64,000 nucleotides of DNA from an uncultured Nitrososphaerales archaeon (GTDB lineage: Archaea > Thermoproteota > Nitrososphaeria > Nitrososphaerales > Nitrososphaeraceae), in contig CAVQMO010000005.1 of NCBI GenBank assembly GCA_963713605.1, positions 224,001 to 288,000 of the forward strand, given 5' to 3'. Position 1 is the stretch's first letter. Every line of letters starts with the position of its first letter. Made by a program: the position numbers and the translations under genes. Of this stretch, positions 1 to 11,724 are shown one piece after another. Under the pieces are notes generated by a model. That model was not told where the DNA came from and ran no database searches. It saw only the letters and a program-made list of their open reading frames with translations.

Positions 1-660
1 AACCCATTCCTCTTTTCTTTTAACAATGACTGGCATTCTATGCTAATATGTGGTTCGCTATCTTAACATTAATGACTGTCGCAATTTAGTCATCATGATA
101 GTGGTACATTTAACTACGATATACAGATCATTTGTGTTATTCCATGGGACATATCAATTTCTTGTATTGGACCTATTGATACAAAATATTCCGATTCCAT
201 ACTATATAAAGTCAATTTGGGTCTAGCGTCGACTTTACACCGACAAGGAGGCACAATTTAACAAATATTCGTGTTTAAGGATACCTCAGCGGCATACAAT
301 ATTCGACCCACAGCGGTACTACTCATGAATATGGGCAAAACATGCCGTAGGACAAGTCAGTGTAGAAGAGATAAGTATCGAGGGTAGTGAAAATAAATGG
401 ATTCTGATTAATTTATGATACTGACCAAAAAGGATAGTCATTGGCTAACGGTATCCTGGTGCTAATACGATCAGGATGCAATTAAAGGAATCGTTGTACA
501 TATAGTTTGCGAAGGATAGGAGGCTAAATCGCCTCGTGAATGGCGCTAAGAATGGTTACAATATCATCATGTAAGCCAAAGTCAGTGATATTATTAACGA
601 AAGACATGACATGCAGTAGTAAATAATGCGTTTGACATGCCTCAATGGGCTACACATGTT

Positions 661-675
661 GAAAGTTTTTATAAG
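661..675 (+). promoter_or_regulatory. Archaeal BRE/TATA promoter for the 696 gene
   Basis: GAAAGTTTTTATAAG ends about 20 nt before the TTG at 696, typical spacing for a leaderless archaeal transcript. Confidence 0.55.
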
Positions 676-695
676 TCCGATCTAACTTGGTAATA

Positions 696-1833
696 TTGGT
701 AAACTTATTACCATTTTTCGTTGTTGTTGCAAGTATTGTGACTTCATTTATGTCGTTTTCGACAAGTCAATTTCAAAATTCTCTTCTATCCAGCGAACCC
801 TTGTCGGTAAACCAAGTCAAGCACAACCCAATGGAGACGGTTCCTCCGAGCCAGATGACCTAGAAGGCACTGACGATCAACAGGTTGACAATGAGAATGG
901 TCCTGGAACGACTGACGATTCAGAAACCTCCCAGTCAGATAGTTTAGTGGCTCCCCCTGTCGAAGGGTGTCAAGCAGATTTTGCGTTGGACCCGACCACG
1001 GGAGAGTGCGATTCGATTCTAGGACCTTGTCCTGAAGGTGAGACCAGAGGAGAGTCGGGTTTTTGTGCAGTAATGCCTGAAAACTGTCCTCCTGGTATGT
1101 ATATCAATGAGGATCCGCTATGCGAGCCCTGTCCAACAGAAGGTGATATTCCCAGTGAGTGCATTGCTCCACAACCAGAGCCAGAGCCACAACCAGAGCC
1201 AGAGCCACAACCAGAACCAGAGCCAGACCAGAGCCGAGCCACAACCAGAGCCAGAGCCACAACCAGAGCCAGAGCCCCTGCCTAATGTAAATAATACTAC
1301 GAGCCCTGGTAATACGACTATCATTACTATTAACAACGCTATAGCACAAGCATTTTCTAGTACAACATACAACACCAATGTTCTACAACAGTTAGCTGAG
1401 AACACCTTACTCGTTGGCGAGGAAACAGTCCCCCTTCAAGGTATGATTAAGGCGAATGATTCAAGACTACTTTCTACATTTGATCCGTTTCGACTTATAG
1501 GTGGTAGCGCAATAGTTTACCTCCCTACTACCAATACTTCTTCCTCTTCCCCGCTCGTCAGTTCTGCATTTGTCGCGACTCCTAACAATCTTAAGCTAAT
1601 AGCACTTGATGGTGATACTCAGCAATATGTTACTCTTCCATCAGTGAAGATGTCCGTTTTGGAAAACTCCTATAAGACCGTTCTAGGAGCAGGCGTTTCA
1701 AGGTACAAATCCATTTACAGGAAAGCAAGGCATCGTAGACAATATCAAGGCGTTATATTTACATAATGAATCCAATCAAACCATCACTCTTGGATATGGT
1801 AGCAGTGTTGCTCTTCTGACGATAGTAAGGTAA
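696..1833 (+). CDS. Secreted Cys-rich surface protein with PEPQ linker (about 3 frameshifts)
   Basis: TTG at 696 opens a hydrophobic signal (LVNLLPFFVVVASIVTSF). After frame changes near 818, 1230 and 1700 it reads an acidic segment, 8 Cys in four C-x(9-12)-C pairs, PEPQ repeats and a C-terminal domain ending ...ALLTIVR* at 1833. Confidence 0.7.
1168..1280 (+). repeat. Coding 18-bp tandem repeat (CCACAACCAGAGCCAGAG, PQPEPE)
   Basis: About 6 units visible directly; one unit has an indel near 1230. Confidence 0.9.
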
Positions 1834-3274
1834 ATAGTTGACAAAAAATCAAATTCCGTTCTCATCCAACAAAACAACCACACGCTTGCCATGCATAACA
1901 TTAATTATAGGGACCGCCGATCATTTTAAAACTTCAGCAAGTAAGTAATCTCTGCTAGTGATCATATCGATCCTTTTCTTTACCAAATGATCTGAATAGC
2001 ATCCCACTAAAGACCAAAATTGCTGTTAATGCAGAGCCTACGATAGACTCTTTCGAGAGGAATGGAAGTTAGTATAGAAATCATCAAAAAAGTTATTGCG
2101 CCGACTGCAACACTCAGCGGTAGCCATGTCTTGATTGCAGATGAAGACCTAATCACTCTGTTTCCTGTGTTATTCAGTTCTCTATCCAATTTATTGATTA
2201 CATCTGATGTGACCTGTTGAAAATCCAATCGGATATTTTTAAGATAAAATATGATCACTGTGTCATTTCCTTTTGGATTCCAAATCGATCATAGCGTGAA
2301 AAAGGTAGATATTAAGAGAGGAACGCTTGTTGGTGGTTTTCCAAGTGGAGGATTAAGAAATTCAGTTGCATCATCATTGCTTCGGGAATGGATTCACCCG
2401 GCTTTCCACAATATCCATGGTCTACGACGGGGTTCGCAAATTATCCTACCAGGATTTACGCAAACGAGAAACTCAAAAAAATGCCTTTCTCATATATGAA
2501 CTGAACCTAGGTCACACAATTTATTATTATGTTTCAAAAGCTATACTATGATGCGCTAGAAAATTAATGTAAGCTTGTATTAAGCGCAGGGAAAGTAATT
2601 GATCGATGATGAAGAATCAAACAGATCACAAACGAAACACGAATTCCATGGTGTATACAAGACAAATTTGCTGTCATTGTTTTGTTAAGTAAAAACTGTG
2701 CAAGATGCTTCGGAATATGGTCCTACTGCATCAATTTCGGAGAGACGAGGCTACTGCCAGGTCATCCCTGTGACAGCGAATCCATTGTTACCAAGGGAAA
2801 AACATGTGAACAAAATTTAAGAAGGGTTAGGTCTGAACGGTAAATAAACTTCTGCCATAAATCTATGTTGATAGAAGTGCTTCGGTGTGTTGGCAATGTA
2901 GAGGTAGAAAAGTAGCATGGGATATGTATCACCTCATCGTTTTATTAAGGGCGAGGGGTTATTGAGGAATTCAGAAACACATAATTTAAATTGCTTAGGG
3001 TTGTTCGAAAATTCTTCAAACCGTCTGTGATTTCGTGAAAGATAATGAACTCTTCGCTCCCCCTGCCCCGCGACGTGAACAATTACAATTCTTTCCTTTA
3101 TTCTATCAAATTTTCATCGAAGGTGATCGCTAGAGAGCGGTTAGTTTCTCTCTAATCGACAATTTCCACATTATTCCATATCTTTTACTTGTTGAATAAA
3201 TGAATTGCATAGATCCAACTGGAACAAAATACCGCAATCATTATAAGATGTAGCAATACGAAGAAATTGTTAAC

Positions 3275-4948
3275 TTGATCCATAAAAGCGTTAATGGAAG
3301 AGGAAGTAAGATATCTTTGGCGACAGTACTTGCATTTTGTGTAGTAATTACAATTTCATTTTTGGGTTTGCAAGATTTCAAATTCTTTACCACATCATAC
3401 TCATTATCTTCGCAGTCTGCGTTTGCTCAGTCAACGGAAGGACCTGTACTTCGATATTCTGATGATGTTGGTAGCCCTGTATTTAACCTGCCCGGCTTTA
3501 CTTCCGAGGTAGTAACCGAAGGACTAACCTTACCTACCACCATGGCTTTCCTATCTCAGAATGACATTCTGGTCTTAGAAAAAGATAAGGGAACTGTCAT
3601 GAGGGTTATCGACGGGGTGGTACAACCTGAACCTTTGTTGGATGTGAACGTGGCAACTGAAGTCGAGAGATGTATGTGTGGAATTGCTGTTTCTCAAAAC
3701 AATGAGACAGGAAGGACGAACGTTTTCTTGTACTATACCGAAGCTCAAGGTGAGGATGGGGGTGCTCCAATAGGAAATAGGCTATATAGATACGAACTCG
3801 AAAACGGGCAGTCAAGGGGTACGACTGGAGCCGCCGATGCTTCAAATTCTGCAGCGAGTTCTCCTTTATCGGCTAAACTGATTAATCCCAAATTACTTCT
3901 GGATCTGCCTGCAGTTCCTGGTCCTCGTCACAACGGAGGCGCAATCACAATTGGACCTGATAATAACTTGTATATCCCGATTGGTGACACGGACAAGATA
4001 ACCGGAGGAACGACACAAACACAGAACAATGATGAGCTCCCTGCTGATGGATCTGGAGGAATACTGCGAGTAACTCAAGACGGCGAACCGGTTATAAATC
4101 CAAGTACTGGAAGCTATATCCTAGGAGATGATTATCCTCTTAACTTGTACTATGCCTATGGCATACGCAATAGTTTTGGAATTGATTTTGATCCTGTTAC
4201 AGGAAATCTTTGGGATTCGGAGAATGGTCCCGGATACGGTGATGAGCTAAACCTCATAGAGCCTGGCTTTAATAGCGGTTGGAACCAAATAATGGGAGTT
4301 TGGGGGCGCGATGGAGGAGATCCAAGAGAAGGCGATAGTACTATTGCCTCTGATCAGCCTGAAGGACTTGTTGATTTTGATGGTAAAGGACAATACCAAC
4401 CCCCAAAACTGGCTTTCCTTTATACTATCGGTCCGACCGCAGTGAAATTCCTAGATTCAGCTAAGTATGGTGCTGGGTATCAGAACGATCTATTTCTGGG
4501 TGACATTCATGCTGGCAAAATATATCATTTCAAACTTAATCAGGACAGGACAGAACTCCTACTTCCTGAACCACTCATTGACAGGGTAGCAGATACCGAT
4601 AGCGAATCCGCTTCAGAAGCAATAGTTTTTGCGAGCGGCTTTGCAGGCATATCAGATATTGAAGTAAGTCCATATGACGGATATATGTATGTGGTATCGT
4701 TGGGACAGGGCAAGATCTTCAAGATATTACCTACTGCAGATTTAGATATGTCTTCATCCGCGGGTTCTATTCCGTCAATTCCCCTTGCCTCTCCGACCAC
4801 AACTTTGCCTCCTGAAGGAGATGAGACAGTTGGAGCTGGCAATGAAGATAATATTGAACAAGAGCCAGAAGAAGAATCTAATGGTGACGGAGAAGGCAAT
4901 AACGATGACAATAGCGAAAACGGTAGTGGTGGAGGCGACGATAATTAG
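3275..4948 (+). CDS. Secreted PQQ-dependent glucose/sorbosone (GSDH family) dehydrogenase
   Basis: N-terminal TM/signal; motifs PTTMAF, ERCMCGIA, HNGGAITIGPDNNLYIPIGD, YAYGIRNSFGIDFDP, ENGP...DELN; acidic tail. Confidence 0.9.
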   Translation: MIHKSVNGRGSKISLATVLAFCVVITISFLGLQDFKFFTTSYSLSSQSAFAQSTEGPVLRYSDDVGSPVFNLPGFTSEVVTEGLTLPTTMAFLSQNDILVLEKDKGTVMRVIDGVVQPEPLLDVNVATEVERCMCGIAVSQNNETGRTNVFLYYTEAQGEDGGAPIGNRLYRYELENGQSRGTTGAADASNSAASSPLSAKLINPKLLLDLPAVPGPRHNGGAITIGPDNNLYIPIGDTDKITGGTTQTQNNDELPADGSGGILRVTQDGEPVINPSTGSYILGDDYPLNLYYAYGIRNSFGIDFDPVTGNLWDSENGPGYGDELNLIEPGFNSGWNQIMGVWGRDGGDPREGDSTIASDQPEGLVDFDGKGQYQPPKLAFLYTIGPTAVKFLDSAKYGAGYQNDLFLGDIHAGKIYHFKLNQDRTELLLPEPLIDRVADTDSESASEAIVFASGFAGISDIEVSPYDGYMYVVSLGQGKIFKILPTADLDMSSSAGSIPSIPLASPTTTLPPEGDETVGAGNEDNIEQEPEEESNGDGEGNNDDNSENGSGGGDDN

Positions 4949-5587
4949 TGTGAAGGCGAAGACTGATGGGAGATCGTTTTTAAAACACCATGTATAAGGT
5001 TATATTCTTAAAGATTAGAATGTGCCTGGCGAAAACTGGTCCATGGATTAGGACAGGGTCCTGATACAAACAAATTCTATTTTTTGTCAGTTACGGAAAC
5101 TTTGACATCAAGGGATATTATAGAATTCATCTGCGTTCTCAATCCTCCCAAATATGAATCGGCTTATCTCTGTTTAGACTCAGTAATGATGCTCCTTCAT
5201 TTGAAGGAAAATCGTGTGAAGAACAATTTTGAGAAATCCTTTGCAATATGTGGTCAATATATGATCCTCCATGCCATCTTCTAGAGGAGCCAAATTCTGG
5301 ATCAATCTGGTCCTATCCCCATAGTGCCAATGAGTCCAGAACATAATAGCAGTGAATAAGAACGAATTCCTGTTCTCTCAATCTTGGCACTCGTGATTGA
5401 AACGACTCGGACACGAGAAGTATCTTGTGATCAGATTGATATTAGCTTCCTTCAAAAAAAGCCTACGAAAATGCCACTAAGACTTCTGAGAACCTCGCAA
5501 TTTGTGACCTTAGTTAAGAAGTCAATTACATTCAACTGTCGTCGATCGCGGCAGAAGGTTTTTATTTATCACGTTCTTGCTATTGAC

Positions 5588-6334
5588 ATGAAGAGATCTT
5601 TCCTCGTCGTCCTCTCAGTTCTTGGGGTAATAACCTCATTGTTTACGTATTCCTTCACTTTCGCGCTATCAGGTAGTCCTTTATTTCTAAATGATGCCCT
5701 AGCACAGCAAGGTGTTGGATTACCAAATTCTGAAAGTCAAGAAGGGGGGCCAGAAGGTCGACAAGGACCTGACGTAGGCGTCTCTTCTGGGCAATGTCCT
5801 CCAAATCAACATCACGTAGGATCCGCTAACGAATGTGAATGGGACAACTGTGGAGCGGCAACACCCCCCATGTATAGGAATACTCAGACCGGAAGATGTG
5901 TCTCTGATTGCAGTGAAGTCGGTCAGTTCTGGGTGAGGCAGGGCAATATTTGCGTTCTTGGCGAGGTCACTAACGCAACTTCAACCCCAATTCCACCACC
6001 ACCCAGTAACTCAGTACCAAACCGGGGAGAGGGTAATGGAAATGGTACAATTCAAACAGAAGATAATAGTGATCTTACTTCGGACAACGCTACTACGAGC
6101 ACCCTAACGTCCAACGTAACTTCCACACCACCTTCAACCATTACCCAAACAATCACTAGCCTCGCCGGAGAACCTGCGTTACCATATGCTTGTCTCTCAA
6201 ACACATTCACGTGTTATTGCGATGGTACTGAGGATTGTATACAGCTGACTTCCTCAGGTGAATGTAAGGCAGAAGTGAGAACGGTCGAGGGGAAGCCAGG
6301 ATTAGGTGAATGCGATTGGAATACGAAGTCTTGA
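5588..6334 (+). CDS. Secreted protein with two 6-Cys domains and a Pro/Thr/Ser linker
   Basis: Likely start ATG 5588 (MKRSFLVVLSVLG signal) with TTTTTATTTAT just upstream; two clusters of 6 Cys. Confidence 0.75.
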   Translation: MKRSFLVVLSVLGVITSLFTYSFTFALSGSPLFLNDALAQQGVGLPNSESQEGGPEGRQGPDVGVSSGQCPPNQHHVGSANECEWDNCGAATPPMYRNTQTGRCVSDCSEVGQFWVRQGNICVLGEVTNATSTPIPPPPSNSVPNRGEGNGNGTIQTEDNSDLTSDNATTSTLTSNVTSTPPSTITQTITSLAGEPALPYACLSNTFTCYCDGTEDCIQLTSSGECKAEVRTVEGKPGLGECDWNTKS

Positions 6335-6732
6335 CTCATAATTTAATGCCGTACAGCTTGTGATAGTTTGTTTACTTTAGTCGAGGCATTATTGGTGGTT
6401 GACGTAGTTACAACTGCCCAATTTTAGTTAAATCGCGATGCCCAAATCAGAAACACAGCGATCACATGAAATGATATTCAAAACATTTTTTCTCTGCTTT
6501 AGGGATTGATGTTTCTCCAATGAGGAACAAAACAGCTTATGTAAGCGATAGTTCTACTTAATCTTCTATTGGTTAATCTAGGATTTCGAGAGTTGTTAAT
6601 TTCAATAAAACATCCCATAAACCAAGTCCACAATCTTAACGCATGTTTGTAGATTGTATATGTCATTTATGTGAGCGAATTAGGGGGCGAGTCACGTGAT
6701 GGCTTCTTAAAATAAAAGATAAAGATAAAGAT

Positions 6733-7005
6733 ATGTTAGGTAAGGTGAGAAAAAGGATCTATAGTGTTGATGTCTTCGGTAACGATAAGGAAAATAAAAA
6801 TGGTACCTTTACAGATTTTAGGGGAATTGGGTTGATGATTGGAATAGAATTTAGTGAAATTAGGAATAAGAAGACTTTTCAGTTATTCAAGATTCTTCCT
6901 GCGGGACAAAAATTAATGAAAATCATGCCTCCGCTCATACTAACGGAGGGAGAGGCTCTTGAAGGCCGCGAGATAATGGACGACGTTCTATTAGTTTATT
7001 TTTGA
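6733..7005 (+). pseudogene. C-terminal remnant of a class-III PLP aminotransferase
   Basis: FRGIGLMIGIEF ... AGQKLMKIMPPLILTE matches the class-III aminotransferase C-terminus; the upstream catalytic part is missing or degenerate. Confidence 0.65.
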
Positions 7006-7392
7006 CCAATGAATAGATTCACGTTGTGATAAACGATCGAATAGGGTAGTGAATTAGTAGATCGCAAATTCGACTCGTAAAGTCTAGAAACCAATCTCGG
7101 ATTGTACCTTTAATGTCTTTAGGTATTTTACTCCTAATATCGCTTACAGCATCGGAGGTTTGAGCACAAATAATAACACCGAGGCATGATCAACTATGAC
7201 ATGGAACTGGTAGCAGTAGATACTCAATTAATATTTCAATACACTCTCAAAAAAAATAATGATTGAATTTGATTCGATCTTAAGCTGAATGGCTTCTAGT
7301 TACTTCGATGCTCATTTCATTTTGCATCCTAACTTCTAATTGCTCTATTTACCATTTTTCGATAGTGGAATATTGCCTGCCATTCATGACAC

Positions 7393-9114
7393 TTACCTAC
7401 CAAATAACTGATCACACACTTCCTTACCAGCACCTTCGACACATTGATTGTACATGTCACCAAAAAGATCACCACCGAAGGGCTGTTCTTGTGAAAATGG
7501 TAATTGTGGCGAGCTGTGGCTGTTCGGAGAGTGTCTGATTACTTTGGAGCATTCCCAATTTCAACGGAACAATAATTTCTTGGCCGTCTCTGATTATTTG
7601 AATTTGTACGTTGTCCCCAACTTTTTTTGTGTCCAAGTAAGATTGGATATCCTGGATTGTGTTAATATCCATTTCATCTATCCCAGTAACAACATCTCCC
7701 CCAAGCTTAATATCACTACCGTTGATGTTGGCAACTTTGTACCCCCCTCTAATCCCAGCCAAATCAGCTGGTCCACCTGAGATTATATCTTCTATGAGGA
7801 AGCCCATCTGTGATTGTGTTAAATTCATTCTTTCTGCCAATTCCGGTGACATATTAATGCCGTTTATTCCCAAAGCAGGTTTCTGTTGTTGCTGTTCCGG
7901 CCCTTGGTTTGGCTGGTCTTCAACTCCCTGACTAGGTCTAGTAGCAAGTATCAAATCAATATTTTTGGTCTTTCCATCTCTAATAACTGATAGTTCAATA
8001 TTATCACCAACTGCCTTTTGTTCTTCTAAATAAGAAAGGAGGTCTTCCATGGCTCTAACACTTTGGTTGTCGACTGCCACAATTACATCTCCTCCTAATC
8101 TAATGTCCTGTCCATCAACTGATGTAAGTACGTCTCCTCCCCGTATTCCTGCATTATCAGCAGGACTATCTGCTGTGATGTCTACAACGAGAATCCCTTT
8201 TGTATCATTCAATTGCGATGCATTTGAGATTTCAGGAGATAGAGTGACTCCAGTAATGCCCATATAGGGATGCTCGTAAGAACCATTTTTTAATAACGAT
8301 GATACTACTTTTTGAACCATATTTGACGGGATTGCAAATCCCACTCCTGAGTAAACTCCCGTATTTGAGAAAATCGCCGTGTTCATACCCACCATTTCTC
8401 CCTTAGAATTGAGCAATGGTCCACCTGAATTACCTGGATTTATTGCTGCATCAGTCTGAATTACGTTCGATATTGAATATCCAGTGATGTCATTTGGTAA
8501 GACTCGTCCCATCTGGCTTATGACCCCGGAAGTCAAAGTTCCACTAAGACCGAATGGATTACCAATTGCTATAACTTGTTCTCCCACCTGTAAGGCTGAT
8601 GAATTTGCTGCCTTTTAGAGGCGGAATTTGCTTATGAAAGCCATCATCAGTTATTTGTAACACGACAATATCCGAATAAGGATCACTTCCAATTACTTTC
8701 ACCTGAGTAGGAGTCTCCATCTACAAATGTAACTTCAACACTGTTCGGGTCGGAAATCACGTGATAGTTGGTGATGATGTGTCCGTCCTGATCATATACA
8801 AAACCTGAACCTAAAGCAACATCATCCTGAGGGATCTGTTCCCCATTCCTTATTACAAGGCTATTGCTAACGGGACTCGTACTAGTTATTTGTACAACAG
8901 AATTTTCGGTCTTGTTAAAGATTTCTGGCAATGTCGATGCTACTGAATTTGATAGTGATGACGATGACGAATTAGCGCTGCCAGAGTTGCTCGAGTTCTC
9001 ATCTTGCTGTTGGGCTATTGCTTGTGGTGAGGCTATCCCAAAAAACAGAGAGGTAGCCAAAATGGCTATGAGGGAAATCCAAAGGTGATTGTGCATGTGA
9101 AGGTTGTAGCGCAT
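7393..9114 (-). CDS. htrA: HtrA/DegP-like trypsin serine protease with two PDZ domains (frameshifted)
   Basis: [32 protein letters not shown], two PDZ repeats (SPA/GPAD.AGIRGG). Joined from ORFs 8683-9114 and 7469-8587; the probable true C-terminus ...VCDQLFGR* ends at 7393. Confidence 0.9.
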
Positions 9115-9561
9115 TCTGCTATTTATATGTTGACAATTATGTCATAAAATACGTGTCTGAATGTCAATTTAATTCGTACAATCTTGAACAAAAAAAGGCT
9201 ATTGGTTTCCAAATCTCTCGAAGGTGAATTGAGGGCGTATCTTGATTTGAAGTCGGCACTCCTTTGGTTTAGTCCTAATATTATCCAGGTCATTAACCAT
9301 ATGGTTATAGTACCTGGTTGTTTTTGGGCTTAATTAATATTGAGCTAACCTATTGAATTTGAATTCTAGAATGGAATTATGGTCCATTTTGGGTCTGGCT
9401 CTATAGTTCTGGAGCCATCGAATATTTCCACAGTGGAGAGTATGATCTGATTGAAGTCCGATTGACCTAATCGTTCTTCTATAAGAAAAGTAACAAGATC
9501 TTGAACATGAACATGATCAAAAACCATTGTAATTCTTGATCAAAGTCAATTGAACTTGACT

Positions 9562-9828
9562 CTAATCAGACTTCTTACTGGTGATAAGGACTTCTTGTTC
9601 CTCATCTAATTCATTAAGTTCTTTTGCGCGTTTTCGCCGCCTCTTTCTTACTTCACTGAGGATCTCGCGAATAGTTTCTTCTGAGACCTTAGCAATTTTT
9701 GCGTCACATTCAATTCCTTGTGCATCCAATACCTCTTCGGTGGCAGAAATCATTTCAGCCTTATTGTCTTTTTCCTCTTGTGTTAGCAGATTGAGACTCA
9801 TAAACCGGAAGAAGGCAAATTCACTCAT
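9562..9828 (-). CDS. Small helical hypothetical protein
   Basis: 88-aa ORF with ATG and an upstream TATA-like box; charged helical composition. Confidence 0.65.
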   Translation of the reverse strand: MSEFAFFRFMSLNLLTQEEKDNKAEMISATEEVLDAQGIECDAKIAKVSEETIREILSEVRKRRRKRAKELNELDEEQEVLITSKKSD

Positions 9829-10377
9829 CTTTTTTGACCAATATGACTATAGTGGGCTTCGAACTTTTATGGTTTTCCCGAAGAGATTTATTCAATTAAT
9901 CCACCTTGTTATTTGGTTTCATATTTAATAGTTTAGATTCAATAGCATATTTACAATTTACAAAAATTGCTATCCTTTAGTTCAACATGCAGACAGCACA
10001 TTACAGGTCGAAGTTTTGGTAACTAGTCAGATTAGTCCAAATCCATGAGGGTGAACTTCTATAGAAGAAAAAAGTAATAAAGGTTTAGAAAAATGGAATG
10101 GACTGTCCGGCCTCTCGCTAGATATGCATAATACAACCTCCAGTCTTGAAAAAGGAAAGTTAGTATTTCACGGGTAGTCTGATGCTTATGATCATAACGA
10201 CTTGCAGTAAGTCTCAAGTCAACTAACAAGACGACAACAATAGCAAAGAGAATTGTAACAGAGATCAGGTACACCTCTCATTACGAAAAAGTTTGACGAT
10301 TAGTTTATTGTTTTGTTCTACTAAAACAATCAGACTTGAGTAATATGATCATTATTGTGAAACCATAAGATAATAGT

Positions 10378-10441
10378 ATGTAGGTAGTGTAGCCGATGAG
10401 AGGATACAACACTTACAGCGGCTTAATACCACTACCTACCC
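10378..10441 (-). ncRNA. Candidate structured sRNA, unit a
   Basis: 10-bp stem 10380-10389/10430-10439 with inner AGCCG/CGGCT stem; minus-strand TTTTAAG box about 25 nt upstream. Confidence 0.4.
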
Positions 10442-10484
10442 GTTTTATAAGAGTAATTCCTGCTTAAAATATTTTTTATAAGAT

Positions 10485-10557
10485 AGGCAAGCAGGCGTAG
10501 ACAACCTGCCTGCCGAATTGTTCTACTTGTATGAGAAGTAGTCCAGTTACGGACATT
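10485..10557 (-). ncRNA. Candidate structured sRNA, unit b (three consecutive hairpins)
   Basis: Minus-strand GTCC-N6-GGAC, TACTT-N7-AAGTA and GGCAGGCAGG-N9-CCTGCTTGCC (G-U pair only on minus); AAAAAATTATAAA promoter about 25 nt upstream. Confidence 0.45.
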
Positions 10558-10591
10558 TCATATTAAGTTAAAAACTTCTTTATAATTTTTT

Positions 10592-10673
10592 AGGATAGGT
10601 ATGGGTTAGTAAGGGTAAATGGATGCGGACGACATCCATACCTCCATCCCTGTGCAGGTATCCATTGAATTTG
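10592..10673 (-). ncRNA. Candidate structured sRNA, unit c
   Basis: GGTATGGATG-N7-CATCCATTTACC hairpin with alternative pairing to CCATACCTATCC; AAAATTTTATA promoter at about 10698-10708 (minus). Confidence 0.4.
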
Positions 10674-10729
10674 GTGTCTTAATATTAGCAAAACCCGTAT
10701 AAAATTTTAGAAGTAAAATTTTGAAAATA

Positions 10730-10892
10730 AGAAAGTGAAGGGTCGTTGATTTTGTAAGTTATGAGACCTGCTTCAGTTGGTTGCTGGGGAATACGTTCAG
10801 ATTCAATAATAGTAAGAAGATAAACAATTGGGTCAGGGGGAATCTCTACAAACCCCCTAACTTAACACTCAAATGAATACGTCACACTGGTG
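10730..10892 (-). ncRNA. Candidate structured sRNA, unit d
   Basis: GTTAGGGGG-N12-CCCCCTGAC stem (G-U on minus), GAAG/GGTC...GACC/CTTC stem, U-rich 3' end; CAAAAGACCTTAAG promoter at about 10915-10928. Confidence 0.4.
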
Positions 10893-10984
10893 TACAGATA
10901 GTTAGATAAACACGCTTAAGGTCTTTTGTTGTAAAACAATGAAAAAATGGGATTATTTGGATTTATGATTAGTTATTCTCTTGA

Positions 10985-11128
10985 TCATGACACTGCACTA
11001 GTATCTATCTCGCGTTCGACTGTAACTCCGCCGACCCTTAACTCAATGAATAATCCGTCGTTATTTGCGTCCTTTTTTCTAGTGTACAACCACTTACCTG
11101 TTAGGTAATTTCTGAATTCACTTGACAT
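10985..11128 (-). CDS. 47-aa hypothetical protein (below ORF-track cutoff)
   Basis: MSSEFRNYLTGKWLYTRKKDANNDGLFIELRVGGVTVEREIDTSAVS*, preceded by SD-like GGAGGT and followed by a T-rich terminator. Confidence 0.5.
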   Translation of the reverse strand: MSSEFRNYLTGKWLYTRKKDANNDGLFIELRVGGVTVEREIDTSAVS

Positions 11129-11287
11129 TTCTAATTAGGACCTCCTGCATCGAATTCCAAAAGATATTGAAGTATCCTATCTTCGTCTAAGACATACTGC
11201 GTCGTTTGTTCCCCACCTTAACCTCTTTTAACAAATGTCGAGGGAACCTTTTTCCATTGATTTCTACGTACTTGCTTTCGTTTTCAT
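11118..11287 (-). CDS. Small hypothetical protein, probably frameshifted
   Basis: Joined frames read ...ESKYVEINGKRFPRHLLKEVKVGNK/TQYVLDEDRILQYLWNSMQEVLIRNVK*; both junctions fall in A-runs. Confidence 0.35.
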
Positions 11288-11724
11288 TATATGATATTAT
11301 ACTAGTGTTTTTAGTGTGTGTCCCGAAGTATCTTAGGAACTATTAGATTAGTTAAGGTGGGTGCGGTATGACCAAACTAGTATATTTCCCATGAACCGCA
11401 TGCACGCATCCACTTAGTTAATGCAGAAGTCTAAGCAAATATTGGACAACATACTTTATAAAATATATCTTCTATAGCCGAACACAGAATCTAGAGTTCA
11501 ATATATTTTCTATAGTTGGATGTGATTTCTATGGTCAAATATAGGTTATAGAATCTAGTGTTAATAAGGTTCTAATACGATAGTAACAGTTTCCACGAAT
11601 GAGAATGAAAGAATATCACTGGTGATTAATAGTGTTTTTGAATGACTAAATGCCGGTTCTATGGAGGCATAAGGGTAACCAAGTTCCGGAAAACTTTTTA
11701 ATCTTCATACCTCAATCGAACGCG

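Noticed and set aside
970..1405. Antisense ORFs with LWLW/GSGC repeats
   Set aside because: Shadows of the PEPQ repeat on the opposite strand
2007..2551. Short ORFs between the first gene and GSDH
   Set aside because: May be a decayed membrane-protein gene, but no family can be supported
10378..10441. H/ACA guide RNA assignment for unit a
   Set aside because: An ACA follows the stem, but the internal loop is 6x1, spacing to ACA is too short and no K-turn is evident
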